The notes under the pieces: model-generated
Told to the model about the DNA's origin: nothing
The model's database searches: none
The model's input: the letters and a program-made list of their open reading frames with translations, nothing else
Source: Hypanus sabinus
Lineage: Eukaryota
Reading direction: 5' to 3'
NCBI RefSeq assembly: GCF_030144855.1
Contig: NC_082726.1
Coordinates: 47,368,001-47,432,000 of the forward strand
Length of the DNA stretch: 64,000 bases
Program-made: the position numbers and the translations under genes
Shown: positions 23,415-37,834 of the stretch, one piece after another
Layout: each line of letters opens with the position of its first letter
Position numbering within the stretch: position 1 is the first letter of the stretch

Positions 23415-26399
23415 ATTGACACCTCACATAATTTTGTACTTCTCTTTCAGGAACCCCCACCCCCACCGTCTTCTCTGCTCCTAGGAAAATAAGCCCAGTC
23501 TCTCCTCATACTGAAACATTACATCCCTGCCAACATCTAGCTGAATCTCCTCTGCACCCTTTCAATCACAACCTGTCTACTATATGGCAACCAGAACTGT
23601 ACATAATAATCCAGTTGTGGTCCAACCAAAGTTTATGAAGCTTTTTGATGACTCCCATGTTCTTACTTTCTCTGTCCCAGCTAATGAAAGCCAGTATGCT
23701 ATGAGCTGCCTTCACCATCTTATCTACCTACATCACCATTCTTGGGATTTGTAGATGTACAACTCTGTTCCTCAGTAATCCCCAGGTCTGTGTTGTTCAA
23801 GAGATACATCTTACCATTTTTCAGCATCCAAAAAGGCATTGCCTTATACTCAGCAGGATTAAATTCCATCTGTAGTTACTCCACCCAACTGACCAATTGC
23901 CCAAAGTCTTATTTTAATTAGAAATACAACATAATGATAGGCCTTTCCAGCCCAATGAGCCCTCGCTGCCCAATTTTACCCATGTGACCAATTAACCTAC
24001 TAATCTGTATGTGTTTTGTAAGGTGGGAGGTAACTGGAGCACCTAGAGGAAACACACACAGTCAAGGGGAGAGTGTACAAGTTTCTTACAAACAGTGGTG
24101 GAATTGAACCCATGTCTCTGGCACCGTAAGAGCACCACGCTAAGTACTATGCTATCATGCCACCTGGTAATCATTCTGTAATCTAAGACTTCCTCACTGA
24201 GAGCCACATCACTGATTGTGTCATCTGCAAGCCTGCTAATCACACCTCCTACATTCAAGACCAAACCTTTAATGGAAATGACAAACACGAAGGGGCGCAG
24301 CACCACCACCTATCGCCCAAGGGACCTGTGACTAGATTCAGAAAGAAACTTAATTGCCCCTGTAATACTTGGGTGCAGATTTATAAGGGTATTGTTTTGT
24401 ATTTATCTACGAGACACAGGCAAAGGTAGACAAGTCAACATTTATTGCTTGCCCTTAATAGTCCTTCAGAAGGCTGCACTGAGCTGTCACCTTGAGGGGA
24501 ATTCAGGTCTCAGACGCAGCAAAGATGAGGCATTAATTACAAGCTATTCCCAAATCCACATGATTTGTGACTTGGAAAGGGAAGAAAACCTCAATTCTGT
24601 GTACCTTTTGCGATGGTGTAGTAAGTAAAGTGCTTCCTTACGGGATCAGAGACTTGGTTCAATCGTGACCTTGGGTGGGCTGCCTGTGTGTAGTTTACAA
24701 TTTTTACCCATGACCATTGGAGTTCTCTGGTTTTCTCCAACAGCCCAAAGGCATGCAGGCTCACAGCTGAACTGGCCACTGTAAGTTGTCCCTAAAGGGA
24801 GAAACTGGGAGGATTGATGTGGGGAGAATAAACTGGGATTAATGTAGGATTAGTGTCAAAGGGTGGTTGATGGTCAGTGAACACCCTTTTGTTCATTGAG
24901 AAGTTTTTGGCACTAAACAGCTGCTATCAGATGGTTCAGGTAACATTTGGGTAGTGGGTTACAGACAATACAGTAATCAGTCCCGGAACCATATTCAAGA
25001 TGTATTCAGAAATACAGCTGAATACTATGATTCTTTGCATTGTTTCTTCTGCAACGAGTGAGCTAAAGGGCCTGTTTTTGAGCTGCATGTCTCTCCGATT
25101 CTGTGCTTCTTATCTTTTTTTTACAGAATGCCCTGAAGCATGGGGCAGCTTATGACACGTAATATGGTGACTATTGCACGGGAGAAACTATGGCTGGTGA
25201 TACTGTGCACAGCATAAACTGCAATCTGATAACAGATTATGCTTTAGTTATGCTGATTGACCCATGCATGTCATTGTATATCCTCACTGCTCTTTATAAT
25301 AAGGATGTAGACTCATTTGCACTCACCTGCAAGAGCAGAGGGGGTCTCTGTGAAGTCCAAAGAGAACCGCAGTATAGCACTCCCACAGTTACTGCACCAA
25401 GAGGTATCTGCTTAGATTTTTCAGTGCTAGTTGGAGGGAAAACTAGGGATATTCCTTGCTCTTGCTGCATATGACCCTCCGAGTAATGGGAATGTTATGG
25501 GTAGTGTCAGTGCCTTCATATAAGTAAAAGTGGATCTAAAAATGCCTTGGCTACAGAAATTCCATGAGCTGTTCAAAAGAAATGCTGCATTATTAAATAT
25601 TAATCAAAAATAAAACCATGACTAAGTGCAGAATACTGCACAAGTTTGACAGCAAGCTTCCACACAACTCAATAAATTACCCCTTTACCAGAATAGTGCT
25701 CTGCTTTTACCATCTCTTATCAATCACCTGATCTGGAATATGTTTATATACCCATTTCAACAGATATATCAGCAGGTTTTAACTTCGCAAACAGCTGATC
25801 TTCCCTGTGAGACCCCAGTGTTACACCCAGGCATCCTTTCTGGAGCAATGTTTGTGTCCATAAACTCATAAATTGGTTTGTGATGCGATTATATTTCTTG
25901 TGCTTTTACACTTGGCTGGGGCAATCAAGAGCTGTTTATCTCTGGTCACTGGTGCTTTCAACTTCCATCAAACCGGCTTCCTTCAGTGATTAATGGTTGA
26001 AAAATGGTTTGTGCCTAAAAGCTGACCTTTTTATATATATATATTTGTTTGTTTTTACAATTGTCTGCTATTTGTCCTTGTTTTTTTGGACCAAGGGAAC
26101 TTTTTTTGGGACAATTCAAAGAACTTACAAGATTATGAAGCAAATTAAAAGCAAAGATATTTTTCCACTTTGTTCTTTCTCAATTATCATGCCAAAGATT
26201 TCTTATGTTAATCTTTGCCCTGAAGCTCCACATATCCATATCTTCCTCATTATAAGCCACTCTTTGGCAACAACCTATCTACAAAGAATACTAAATTAGT
26301 ACAAACCATTGACTAACAACAATTTTATCAATAAAGGCCCTCATACAGGTATGTAGATAAGAAAGATATAGAGGTACTTGGGCCAAAAGCAGGCAAATC

Positions 26400-26890
26400 A
26401 AAGTCAGATTCAATATCACTGATATGTGTCGTGAAATTTGTTTTTTTTTGCAGCAGTACCTATGCAATACATAAATAATATGATAAATTCAGTAAGGATA
26501 AAAATATATAAAATAATTAAATATGTAGTGCAAAAAGAGAGCAAAAATAGTGAAGTAGTGTTCATGGTTCATTGCCTGTTCATAAAACTGATAGTGGAAG
26601 GGAAGAAGCTGTTCCAAAAATGTTGAATGTGTGTCGCCAAGCTCCTGTACCTCTTCTCTGATGGTTGTAATGAGAAGAGGTGATGGGGAGACATTAATGA
26701 TGGAAGCTGCCTTTTTGAGGCATCACCTTTGGAAGGTGTCCTCGATGCTTCGGAGGCCACTGCCCATGATGGAGCTGGCTGAGTTTTCAACCTTTTGCAG
26801 CCTTTTCTGGACCTATGTAGTGGTCCCTTCAAACCAGACGATGATGCAGCCAGTCAGAATGCTCTTCATAATATGTCTGTAGAATTCGCT
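26400..26890 (-). mobile_element. Degenerate Rex1/Babar-type LINE 3' end
   Basis: SILTGCIIVWF and LFSLQPSEKRYRSL...NSFFPSTI peptides plus shared 3' UTR. Confidence 0.75.
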
Positions 26891-29800
26891 GTTCTTTGGT
26901 GACAGGTAGGATTCACTTAGATGGGCATCTTCTTCAGCATGGATTAGTTGGGCTGAAGGGCCTCTTTTTTTCCTCTGTGACTCACTGTTAAGTTTTATTA
27001 GGACAACTTTGTTAGATGTAACCGGCCATTTCATCAACAATGCATGGTTAATGGTCAACTTGCACTCAATGGGCTAAAGGACCTGTTTCTCTGCTGTATC
27101 TCTCCATGATTCTTATGACCCCTTCAGCTTCCTGTTGGCCTCATTTAAAGCCAAGTTGAAGAGGTGCAGCCTTTTGTTGCTGTGGGATATTATAAAAGCT
27201 TTGATGAAGATACACAGTGACACATTGACAGTGTGCAATGAGGACTGTATGGGGAACTATTCTGATTGCTGTCCTACCAAGTCAAGCAGCCTGTTGGGAA
27301 ATGGGTCACTCAAGTGGACGGCTGATATTGAACTTAAATATTGACTGGCAGTTAGATTTCTTCTTAAAAATTAATCTTCCAAGTGCCAAACTAGAAGCAT
27401 CCCCTTCTGCTTTGCTTTAAAAAATGTGTTCTTACAAAGCAACAAAGTTTGCATTCCAATACCATTTTCCACCCTGAAATCCACACCAATGCAGTGATAA
27501 CAGGCATTGGCCAATATTACGATACAGCTACATCCTCAGAGGTTATCCACGTGAGCAGGAACACAACTTCATCGTCCGCAGAGTTTCAATAAATTTCCCA
27601 GCTCATTGCTTAGAGTCCTAGAAACCTTTGTGAGAGTGCACCCAAACTCTAGTAGGGTAGACAGTAACTTCAACGAAGAAGCAGGAGCAGTTCTACACTT
27701 TGAGTCAATGCTGACATACGTCGAGATCTTGCAATGTTTCAAAAGATATTTAGACAGACACATGAACAGGATAGAAAAAGAGAAATATAAATAGGTTTGC
27801 AGCTATGCAGTTTAAATTGGCAGCACAGTCAACACAGATACTATGGGCTGAAGGGCCCATTCTTGCACTTTGCTATTCTGTGTACAATGTATCTCAGGGC
27901 CAATTTCCTCCGCTGTCTCCTAAGTAAAGCATGGAAGCATGCAATCATCCTGAATGAACAGCTAATAACTGACAACAGTAAAGATTCCTGGCTTTGACCT
28001 GGCGCTCTAAACTGAATTCAAGTGGCCATAGCTGCTGAAGTCACACAGTACACAAATAACATATTGGTGCTGTAGAACGTGGCCCTGACAATTCAGATCA
28101 GGCTATGAACTATGTAACAGCATTCTGCTAGAAGCATTCAGAGATTGGGTACCGGAAGAAAGGGAAAGGGTTATCATTTTATGTATAGGACCTAGTTCTG
28201 AATAAATGATTCCAATATTTTATGTTTTTATTACAAATTTCCACCATCTGCAGTTTTTTTTTCATTTTCCCTAATAGCACTCTGCTCTGTGCATATTTCA
28301 AGTGAGCGTTACATTCCATATACACAAAGTAATCAACTCCACTACCAAACTTAATTTAGAATTACCTTGCTGTGGGGTGGTATAGCACTGTAGCAATTAG
28401 TGCACTTGCTGTACAGCATCGGTGATCAGAACTCAGGGGTTAATTTCCCACCTCTATGAGGAGTTTGTACGTTCTCGCATGACCGCCGGGTGCTTCAGTT
28501 TTCTCCCACGTTCCAGAGATGGACAGTTAGAGTTAGTGAGTTGTGGGCATGCTGTGTCGGCACTGGAGTGTGACAACACTTGCAGGCTGCCCCAGCGCAA
28601 TTCTCGGAGTGTGCTGTTGGCTGACGCAAAGCAACACGTTTTCACTGTAGGCTTCGACGTTTCAATGTAAGTGTGCCAAATAAAGCTGATCACCATCATT
28701 GAAAGAGGATTTCTTACACTATCTTCTGTTAGTATGTGGGTCTTCTCATGCAGTCTCGTAACGTGCAGATTTCTTGTCTTCGTAATGAAGTTAGAGCAAA
28801 AGTTTGGGAAAGGGAACCTTTTGCATTTTGCACAACTTCATGACATCCTAAAGCATTTAGACGATCAAATGGCTAAACCCAAAGAACATGAAGTAAATTT
28901 GCTTGTTGTGATGACGCCATTTCTTGAGGAGTTTGTTTGCCTTTCAAACTGGTCCTTGATTGGCTGGGAGCGTGTCACTTTTTACCTGTGTTTCTTGGGG
29001 GGGGGGGGGGGGTGGGTGTCAGTGCTTGGATGCAGTCTCTGGAAGTCTGCAGTGGTTACAGCAGGTGCCACATTTGTAGGAAGCTCCCCGCGGTACTACT
29101 GACCTTCCTTGGTGATCTGCAGATGAAAGCGTCTGGAGCACGCACATATTTATTTACCGGCACTCCAGAATTGCTGCATCCTCTTTAATTCTAGCTCATT
29201 AAGTGACGGGAGCAGTAGTGTAGTGGGTTAGTAATTCAGCAACCTGAACTAATGATCCAGAGATATTAATTAAAAACCCTCCCAAGGTATTAAAATCCAA
29301 GCAATTAAATAAACTTGGAACTACAAAGCAACTCTCAAGAATAGTGCTCATGAAAGTAACAGCTTACTGTTCATCTACTTCACTGCTGTCCTTTGGGGAA
29401 AGATATCTGTCATTCTTAACTGTGACTCCTGACTCATGATTGACTCTCAACAACATTCTCAACTGTTATAAGTCAGTGAGAAAGCCTTCCTTTCAATCAT
29501 CAAAAGGAAGGCAAAAAACATTGGCCTTGCCAGAGCCACTCTCGTCTTCTGACTGGGCAAAATTTAATGATTAATTGTAGCCATCTAAACATCTAATTGA
29601 AATGCATTAATTCTACAATTTCAAACACTGATTCCACTTTATTCCTTGATCCTTTTAAAATGTCATGCTGTCTCTACCTTAATACTCACTTGCAATGAGG
29701 AGGTCATTGTTCTAATGATTCTCTACGTAAGGGAAGAAAATATATTTAATCACAATATTTGAGAATGACTGCTTTTATTACCAGTTGCAAATTCACTAAG

Positions 29801-32800
29801 CTGCTGAAACATATTTCACATTTGTCCTTTCAAAATCTTTAGTCTCTTAGAATCTTATTAACCCAATATTCTTTTTAGTTCATAATTAACCTTCCTTGAA
29901 GTGAGAAATAAAACAAGTGGGAAGTCTTCAACATTCAAAGCCATTTATTATCAAAGAATGTATAAATTATACACCTTGAAATTTGTCAGCTTAAAGGCAG
30001 CCACAAAGCAAGAGACTCAAATAAAACAATTTTAAAAAAAGACTGAAAACTACTGTGGAGAGAAAGAGAGAGACAAAAACATGCAAACAATAGAAGCAAG
30101 CCAACAGCTTCCTGAACTAGACCGAGTGCCAGATCAGCTCTCAGAGCAGCCAGAGTAGGCCCAAGTCAAGCCTGGGCCCCCAGTTTTCACACCAGTGGGG
30201 CAGAAATCTACAGCAGGTGGCTCAGAGCTGCTGAGAAAGAAAGAAACATTCGCAAGTGAAATCAGCCCAATCCTCACCTTTATACCCAACACTCAGGGTT
30301 CCAGTCTATCTGAGCCAACGTTTCAATTGTCCAAACACCGAGTAGTTCCACGTTCTAGGACTCTGGTCCCAGCGTCCCGATAGGCCTGGGCCTCCCTGCC
30401 CGAAGCTGTTCTTGATCTCACCAAACCGGCCCAGTGTTTGGAGCAATCCCAACCTCACACCCAGGTTAGGTGGACGGGTATCATAACTCTTTCGACCCCT
30501 CTCCAAATCACTCGTTCCACCTCCAGTAGCGATGTGAACTCTGTCTGCGAGCCCAACAGTTTGAACACATTGCGCTTCCCAGTGCCCCAGCAGGCCTCGT
30601 TCCCCAAACCAGCTTTGCCTCCGCTTTTCTCCTCAGGCGATAGTTCCACCACAATTTGCTTCATAAAAGATGCTATAAGTGATGTTTTTAGTCAATTCTC
30701 TTGCCTTAATGATTTACCAGTAACCTGTCGTACATCTTCGGTAGTGCCATCTTAAACGGGAATGCTTATTTCCTAATGCTACCCTCTTGTTTCTGGTGTT
30801 TCTGTGCTATAATGCTCGGTGCCTCTAATTCAGTAGGTCTGGAGGCATCTATTCAGGGAAATGGACAGTCGGTGTTTCAGGTGCTGAGTTCCTCCATTTT
30901 TTGTGCAATACACCTGTTGGTCCAAACAGTCTGATTCTGGGCAATGCATGTGCTATAGAGAGGAGGGCTTTGAGGTGTTTGATGGGTATAGGTTATTCAA
31001 ACTTGCTAGAGCTTCATAGGGAACATGAGTGTCGTGGCACTGTTTCCTTGTGCATTCAGGAGGCTTATTACCCACAGCTGTGAGAGGTCCACACACACTT
31101 TGGTGGAATTTACTCCATTGCTGCCCAGTGATAGAGCAGTGTCGCACTCTCAGTGGTCCTGGCATTTGTTGTACTGCAGAGTGTTGGCAAACTGGATGCA
31201 GTCAGGCAGGTCCTTGGCGCGTTCGAACTCTTAGCTTGGTAAACAGAGGTAAATAGATTTGGAAGCTGTGGTGCCGTTGATTAAGCATTTATAATTGTTA
31301 AGCTGGAAGACTCAAGAGACTGCAGGTGCTGGAATCTGGAGCAATAAACAACTGCTGGGGGACCTCAGCAGGTCGAACAGCACCTGTGGGGGGGGGGGGG
31401 AGGGGGGGAAGCAATTGTCGATGTGTTGTGTCAAAATGTCGCATCATGTTAAGCAGTCATTTATCTTATTTGGAGATACAGCACGGTAACAGGCCCTTTC
31501 CAGCCCAATGAGCCCACACTGCCCGGTGATACCCATGTGACCATTTAACTTATGTCTGGAATGTGGGAAGAAACCAGAACACCTGGAGAAAACCCATGCG
31601 CTCCCAAGAAGGTGTCTTTTACAGTTCTTTACAGACTGCCGTGGGAGTTGAACCCTGGTCTCTGAAGCTGTAATGATATTACGCTAAGGCGCCACCCGTT
31701 TCCCTAGTTACCTAGGCAAAGCGGATTGTGAAGGTTGTACAAAGTCAGGAGAAACTACAAAGAGCGATCACAGTCTGCCTCTCCTCGGAGCCCGAGCCTG
31801 TGTGTGCTACTGCCTTTCTTTGCCAGCGACATCTGCTTTTGATTTTAGCTCACTGGGCCCTGTCAAACATATATAAATAATAATAGAGGAGAGGGATTAC
31901 CTCCCTTTTCTACTGCCTGCTTCCCCACAGCCTGGCCTTCGGAGGTGAAACAAATATCCTTTACGCTGCATCCATCAGAGGGGATTGTGTGTTGGTTAGA
32001 GATGAGAGTGAGAGGTATAACATGAGGGAAAGAAGTCGTACAATGTAACTCGGTCATCTGTGATTGCGCTGGTTTGACTTTGGTAACTCGTCTGTGCTGT
32101 TGCATTAGGTTAACTGGCAGATACATCTGTAAAGAATTTAGTGTTGACAGCTCTGCTTAATGTGCACCACTCACAATCAGGTTTATTATCACTAACATAT
32201 GTCATGAAATTTGTTGTTTTGAGGCAGCAGTGCAGTGCAATACATAACATATACTCTAATTCACAATGAGAAACATTTTTATATTATAAAGATAGATAAG
32301 GGGCAAAAAGAGTGCAAAAATAGTGAGGTAGTGTTTCTCTTGGTGATATTCTTCAGTGTCAATAGATTTCAGCAAGAGCAAAATCAGGAGGGAGGGTCTG
32401 CTTTGCAACGAGGGACTAAAGGGGTGGCAGACTGAATGGGACGGTGTTGGAGAGGAGAAGGAGCTTCCCCTCTGCCATCCCATTTCTGAATGGACATGGG
32501 ACTTATAAACACAACCTCACTACTTGTTTTTTTAATTTCTGTTTTTGCACTTCTTTTTTAATTTTACTCTTTAATTCATATACTTAATGTCATTCACATT
32601 TTTCATATTATTATGTATTGCATTGTACTGCTGCCGCAAAGATGACAAACTTCATGACATGTCGGTGATGTTAAAGCTGATTCTGATGGGGAGGTGGGAA
32701 GGGACAGAAGGGGTGGTCGAAGGATAGGTGGGAGGGCGGTACGGATGGGGAAGCAGGGAAGCTGAGGGTGGACAAGGGCGGAGGTGAATGGAACGTGATG

Positions 32801-34479
32801 GAAGGTTGAAGGGCAAAGTTCAAAGTAAATTTATTTTCAAGGTACATGCTGTATATGTCACCACATACTTACCCTGAGATTCATTTTCTTGTGGGTATTC
32901 ACAGTAAACAAAAAGAAACACAGTGAAAAACTACGCACAAAACGAAGACGGCCGAACAGCCAATGTGCAAATGACAACTCATTGTGCAAATACAAAATAA
33001 TAATAAATAAATATTGAGAACATGTGTGTAGAGTCCTTATGTTGTGGAACCAGTTCAATTTATGTGTGAATCTGGTTCTGACGGTTGAGGGGTAATAGCT
33101 GTTCCTGAACCTGGTGGTGTGGGACCTCACGCCGTCAAGAAGAGAGCATGGCGCTTGGTGGGCGTCCTTGATGATAGATGCATAAAAATGGAGGTTGACA
33201 GGTGAGGTGGTTGTAGAATAAAAGGGCTGGAGGTTTTTGAGGTGACAGGATGACTATCAGAGAGGGAGAAGGGGATGAAAGGAGTGGTGAGGGGGCAGCG
33301 GGAATGTCAGGCTTACAGATGAGGTAGAAAGTGTTTGGTGGGGAGCACTCAAGTTGGAAGCAAGTAATGGAGAGGGATGGAAGAGCGTCGGGTTCTAGAG
33401 CAGCCACGATTACAGGGGACAGCTGGGAGTAAAAACTGCCCGTTAGCAGCAGGAGATAAAATGCAAGATGTCATGAGACATGTGAAAAGTATACACTGCA
33501 CAGAACACCGCTAAATGGAATGGGATTAAAGCACGTCAGCAGCTCAGCGAGCTCAAACCACTTAGGCTCCAGAGCCCCATGGTTGAATTACAGCCTTATA
33601 AATTTCCCCCCTGGGTACCTGTCATTCTAGATGTACAGTTGTCAGCACTGAGCCACTTTGATGTGATCATTTATTTATTAAAGATATTTCCACAGGAACT
33701 CTCGTTTAAGCTTGTTAACAATGGGCCGTAGCCTAGGGGCAGAGAGGAGATGCAGTGTACCAGGAGACAGGCAAGGCCCAGTACAGATTGGCAAGGTGTA
33801 ATCTAACCTCTCAGAGACCAGTATCATTGACGTTTCCTAACAATGTATAATCCTCCCTGTATCTCTGAGACAGGGTGTTGGCTGGCTGACCTTGCTGATG
33901 AGTGGATTGTCTGCATTTCACTCCCTCTATATAAAGAAAAATTCCACAAGGTTGATAAAGGAGGTTAATTTGACCCATCTTTAAGGTGCTTTTAAGATTT
34001 CACATTTGGATTGTAAGAGAAAGATGTATCAAGTTGCATAATTTTGCTTTGGTATAAGGAGCCAGTGATCATAATGGAAGTTTAATAAAGAAGGGTGAAG
34101 AGTGACCTGTTACTCTTTGAAATGCTTTTTGTACTACATTGTGCTATCGTACTTGTGCTGGTTGGCAGATTCTTCTTCTACAAAGGACTTGCTATTGACA
34201 GGTCTTTTCCAATATTGCCTGTTCTAACCACAGATTCACCGTTCATAAAAGGCACGAACGCACAAGTAAACAGGAGCAAGAACGGGCAACCAAGTTGTTG
34301 AAGCCTGCCTCTTCACCTGATGTGATCGTGGTTGATCAGTGCTGGCCTCACTCGTCTTCTTTCCACATCCCCCCTTAGGAATGCGATCACTCGAGTTCTA
34401 TTAAGGAGTTATTCCCTGAATGGAGAAAGTTTGTGCATTATTTTGTTTAACATGGGGTGGCTGATGCATGGGAGCCACG

Positions 34480-34725
34480 ACGCTTTCCTTGGCAGATCAG
34501 GGTCAGGGTCCACTGGCATTAAAAACAAGGTGGCTGGCGACCCTTCACTGCCATTGTGATGTGTCATGTCTTCAGCCAACTCCACCGTTGAGGTCCTGGT
34601 TGGATTGCTATTTGTGTGGGTCCTCTCCCTTGACCTTACCACCATGGGTGACTCTACCAGGAACTAAACTCCAGACAGCATCGCTCTCGAGGTCTCAGGA
34701 ACTCACAAGCCTCTCCACCATGACT
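34480..34725 (-). mobile_element. RTE-type LINE 5'-UTR-like fragment
   Basis: CCCTTGACCTT...CATGGGTGACTCTACCAGGA...CAAGCCTCTCCACCATGAC resembles the reverse complement of RTE 5' regions (from memory). Confidence 0.4.
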
Positions 34726-35525
34726 TGGAGAAGACAACTTCTACTCCTCAGATGGTCAGATTTCTATCCACCTCCATGTTAAATGCCTTCTAATGATCTA
34801 GCTGTCACCATCTGCCAAGGGAGAAAATTCCAGAGATTCATTACACTCCTAAGAAGAGATTTCATGCACCTCAGTTTTAAATGACAAGCCCTTACTTTGT
34901 TGTTGATGTTTCTTTGTGCATCATTTTCCCACCAGTGAAAACATCCCAATGCCTATTCTATCTTATGATCTTATATATCTGAGCCACGTATACTCTGAGG
35001 AAAACAGGCCCATACTAGTTACTCTCTCTTTAATAGGATCCTGGGAATTAGCCTGTTGAATCTCCTTTGTATTGCCTCCGATGTTACCAGGTCATTTTTT
35101 AGATAAAAGAACTAAAACTGTATTCAGAATTCCAGGTGAAACCTCACCGACATCCTGTATAATTACAGCGAAACCTATTTTAAAACTCCCAAGACCTCTG
35201 AAATGTAGGCCAAAATGCCATTTGCCGTCTGAACTACATGTTGGAGCTGAGCTGCCTGTTAACATCTTTTGTGATTCATTCATTGGAATACTGCAATTCC
35301 TCTGTATTCTATTCTGTTGCTGGAATGTAATATCTCATCCAAAAAGATGGCATCAATAACAGTGCCACGTCCCCTCAATACTCCAGTGCATCAGCAGCCT
35401 AAAATAATGGTGCTCTTTTGCCTGATGTGGGATTTGAACCTTTGGTCTTAGTGGCAAGGGCATTGCCTACATAAACACAACTGGGGCACTCAAACTCAGC
35501 AGAAAATATCTTGGTCTAAACTTTA

Positions 35526-36697
35526 GCATGAGGAAATCTGCAGATGCTGGAAATTCAAGCAACACACACAAAATGCTGGTGGAACACAGCAGGCCAGGCA
35601 GCATCTATAGGAAGAAGCGCTGTCGACGTTTCAGGCCGAGCCCCTTTGTCGGGACAAACTGAAAGGAAAGATAGTAAGAGATTTGAAAGTAGTGGGGGGA
35701 GCGGGAGATGTGAAATGATAGGAGAAGACTGGAGGGGGGTGTGATGAATCTGAGAGCTGGAAAGATGATTGGCAAAAAAGATACAGAGCTGGAGAAGGGT
35801 AAGGCCTAGGGAGAAAGAAAGGGGGAGGGGAGAACCAGCGGGAGATGGAAAACAGGCAGAGTGATGGGCAGAAAGAGAGAAAAAAAGGGGAGGAGGGAAA
35901 AAAATAAATATATCAGGGATGGGGTAAGAAGGGGAGGAGGGGCATTAACAGAAGTTAGAGAAGTCAGTGTTCATGCCATCAGGTTGGAGGCTACCCCGCT
36001 GTAACGTGTTGTTCCTCCAACCTGAGTGTGACTTCATCTTGATGCAGAACACCTACACTCTGTGCGATGCAGACTTGGAGACCATTTCGCTGAACACCTA
36101 CGCTCTGTCCGCCAGAGAAAGCAGGATCTCCCAGTGGCCACACATTTTAATTCCACGCCCCATTCCCATTCTGATATGTCTATCTGTGGCCTCCTCTACT
36201 GACAAGATGAAGCCACACTCAGGTTGGAGGAACAACACTTGATATTCCCTCTGGGTAGCCTCCAACCTGATGGCATGAACATTGACTTCTCTAACTTCTG
36301 TTAATGCCCCTCCTCCCCTCTTTACCCCTTCCCTGATATATTTTTTTTCCCCTCCTCTTTTTTTTCTCTCTCTCTGCACATCACTCTGCCTGTTCTCCAT
36401 CTCCCTCTGGTGCTCCCCTCCCTCTTTCTTTCTCCTTAGGCCTCCCGTCCCATGATTCTTTCCCTTCTCCAGTTCTGTATCCCTTTTACCAATCACCTTT
36501 CTAGCTCTCAGATTCACCCCACCTCCTCCGGTCTCCTCCTATCATTTTGCTTTTTCCCCTCCCCCTCCTACTTTCAAATCTCTTACTATCTTTCCTTTCA
36601 GTTAGTCCTGACGAAGGGTCTCGGCCCGAAACATCGACAGTGCTTCTCCCTATAGATGCTGCCTGGCCTGCTGCATTCCACCAGCATTTTGTGTGTG
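35526..36697. mobile_element. Penelope-like element, inverted (palindromic) insertion with GIY-YIG C-terminal remnant
   Basis: Arms at about 35530-36040 (-) and 36065-36697 (+) are reverse complements. The plus arm encodes RLGDHFAEHLRSV...PVATHFNS...RLEEQHLIF.LGSLQPDGMNIDF. 15-bp TSD TTGGTCTAAACTTTA (35511-35525, 36698-36712). Confidence 0.88.
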
Positions 36698-37176
36698 TTG
36701 GTCTAAACTTTAACCTCTTTTCTGTCCTGCACAGCACCTTGTGAGGTTTAACGCATCGACACTGCAGTTTAGAGGCTCATTAATGTGGTTTTGTATTGAG
36801 AATGTAGTTTAGATTCAGATTCATGTTTATAATCACTGGCATTTGCCTTGCGATTTGTCGTTCTGTAGTAGCAGTACAAAAGTTACAATAAAAAAATATT
36901 TAAGTAAATAAATAGCGCAAAAAGAGAACAAAATACTGAGGTCGTGTTCATGGACCTTTCAGGAATCTGATGGCGGAGGGGAAGAAGCTGTTCCTAAAGA
37001 GTTCCATGTGCATCAGGCTCCTGTATCTCCCCCCTGATGGTCGTAATCAGAAGAGGGCAGGTCCTGGATAGTTTGCACATTTGTGTTTGTGCATACCCAA
37101 TGGAAAATATTGAAGTTGGAGCAGAATGACCAATAGTTTCTGAATCCATTTCCCTGTGCATCAGCAGAAAGTAAGG

Positions 37177-37437
37177 TGTGGTAACTTCTACTTTACAAAA
37201 GGACCACTCGACAACTTGATGGCCAAAAGAGCATCTTTATCTGGGACGGCAAATGATATTTACAATACAGAGGCTTCCAAGTACCTCGTGCGGCATGGGT
37301 GGAGGAACGATATACAATGCATACTAGGAGTAAAAAGAGCGGAAATAAAGACCCCGACAACCCTGGATCCCGCCTCTTGCTACCAACAGCTCCCCGATTA
37401 GTATTAACTTACTTTTAATAATACTCACATTACAACA
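37177..37437 (-). repeat. 3' LTR of the Mag-like element
   Basis: TGTGGTAA...TTACAACA ends, direct repeat of the split copy at 39610-40278, PPT adjacent at 37438-37450. Confidence 0.9.
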
Positions 37438-37588
37438 CTTCTGCCCCTTTAAAATCCAACATTCCCCAAATATAGAAGAACTGGGAAATGAAAACAGTGG
37501 GATCATTAGCAACAGGTTACCAATACAAAAACACCTAAAAAAAAAATGGCAAATTCAACATTCAATCTAACAAAAGAAACTATCCAAT

Positions 37589-37831
37589 CAAAGATTCAGT
37601 CTGTCAGGAGGTTTTTTGAGGGCACTGCGATCTACGCACTACCCCCGGTGACCCAGCAGGCACCGCTGGTGAGGATGTTTTGGGTGGATCTGGTGTTGGG
37701 GACACGAGAGGGGTCTGTGTGTCCACGTGAGAATGTCCATCCTCTTCAGGGGACTCTGCCCCCTCTGTCAGTGTGTCCCCCTCTAGCAAAGTCACTGGTG
37801 GACATGCTTTCCTGGTATGCATTAAGTGGTC
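37589..37831 (-). pseudogene. C-terminal tail of Gypsy Pol
   Basis: DHL...proline-rich linker...VRRSQCPQK, then after a 1-nt frameshift PPDRLNL*. This is the same tail type as RRSQRQIRPPDRLDL* in the intact element. Confidence 0.75.
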
Positions 37832-37834
37832 ATT

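Noticed and set aside
31898-31948. Possible 14-nt micro-exon (polypyrimidine tract, CAG ... GAG/GTGAAA)
   Set aside because: Weak donor, not frame-preserving, and such matches are common by chance.
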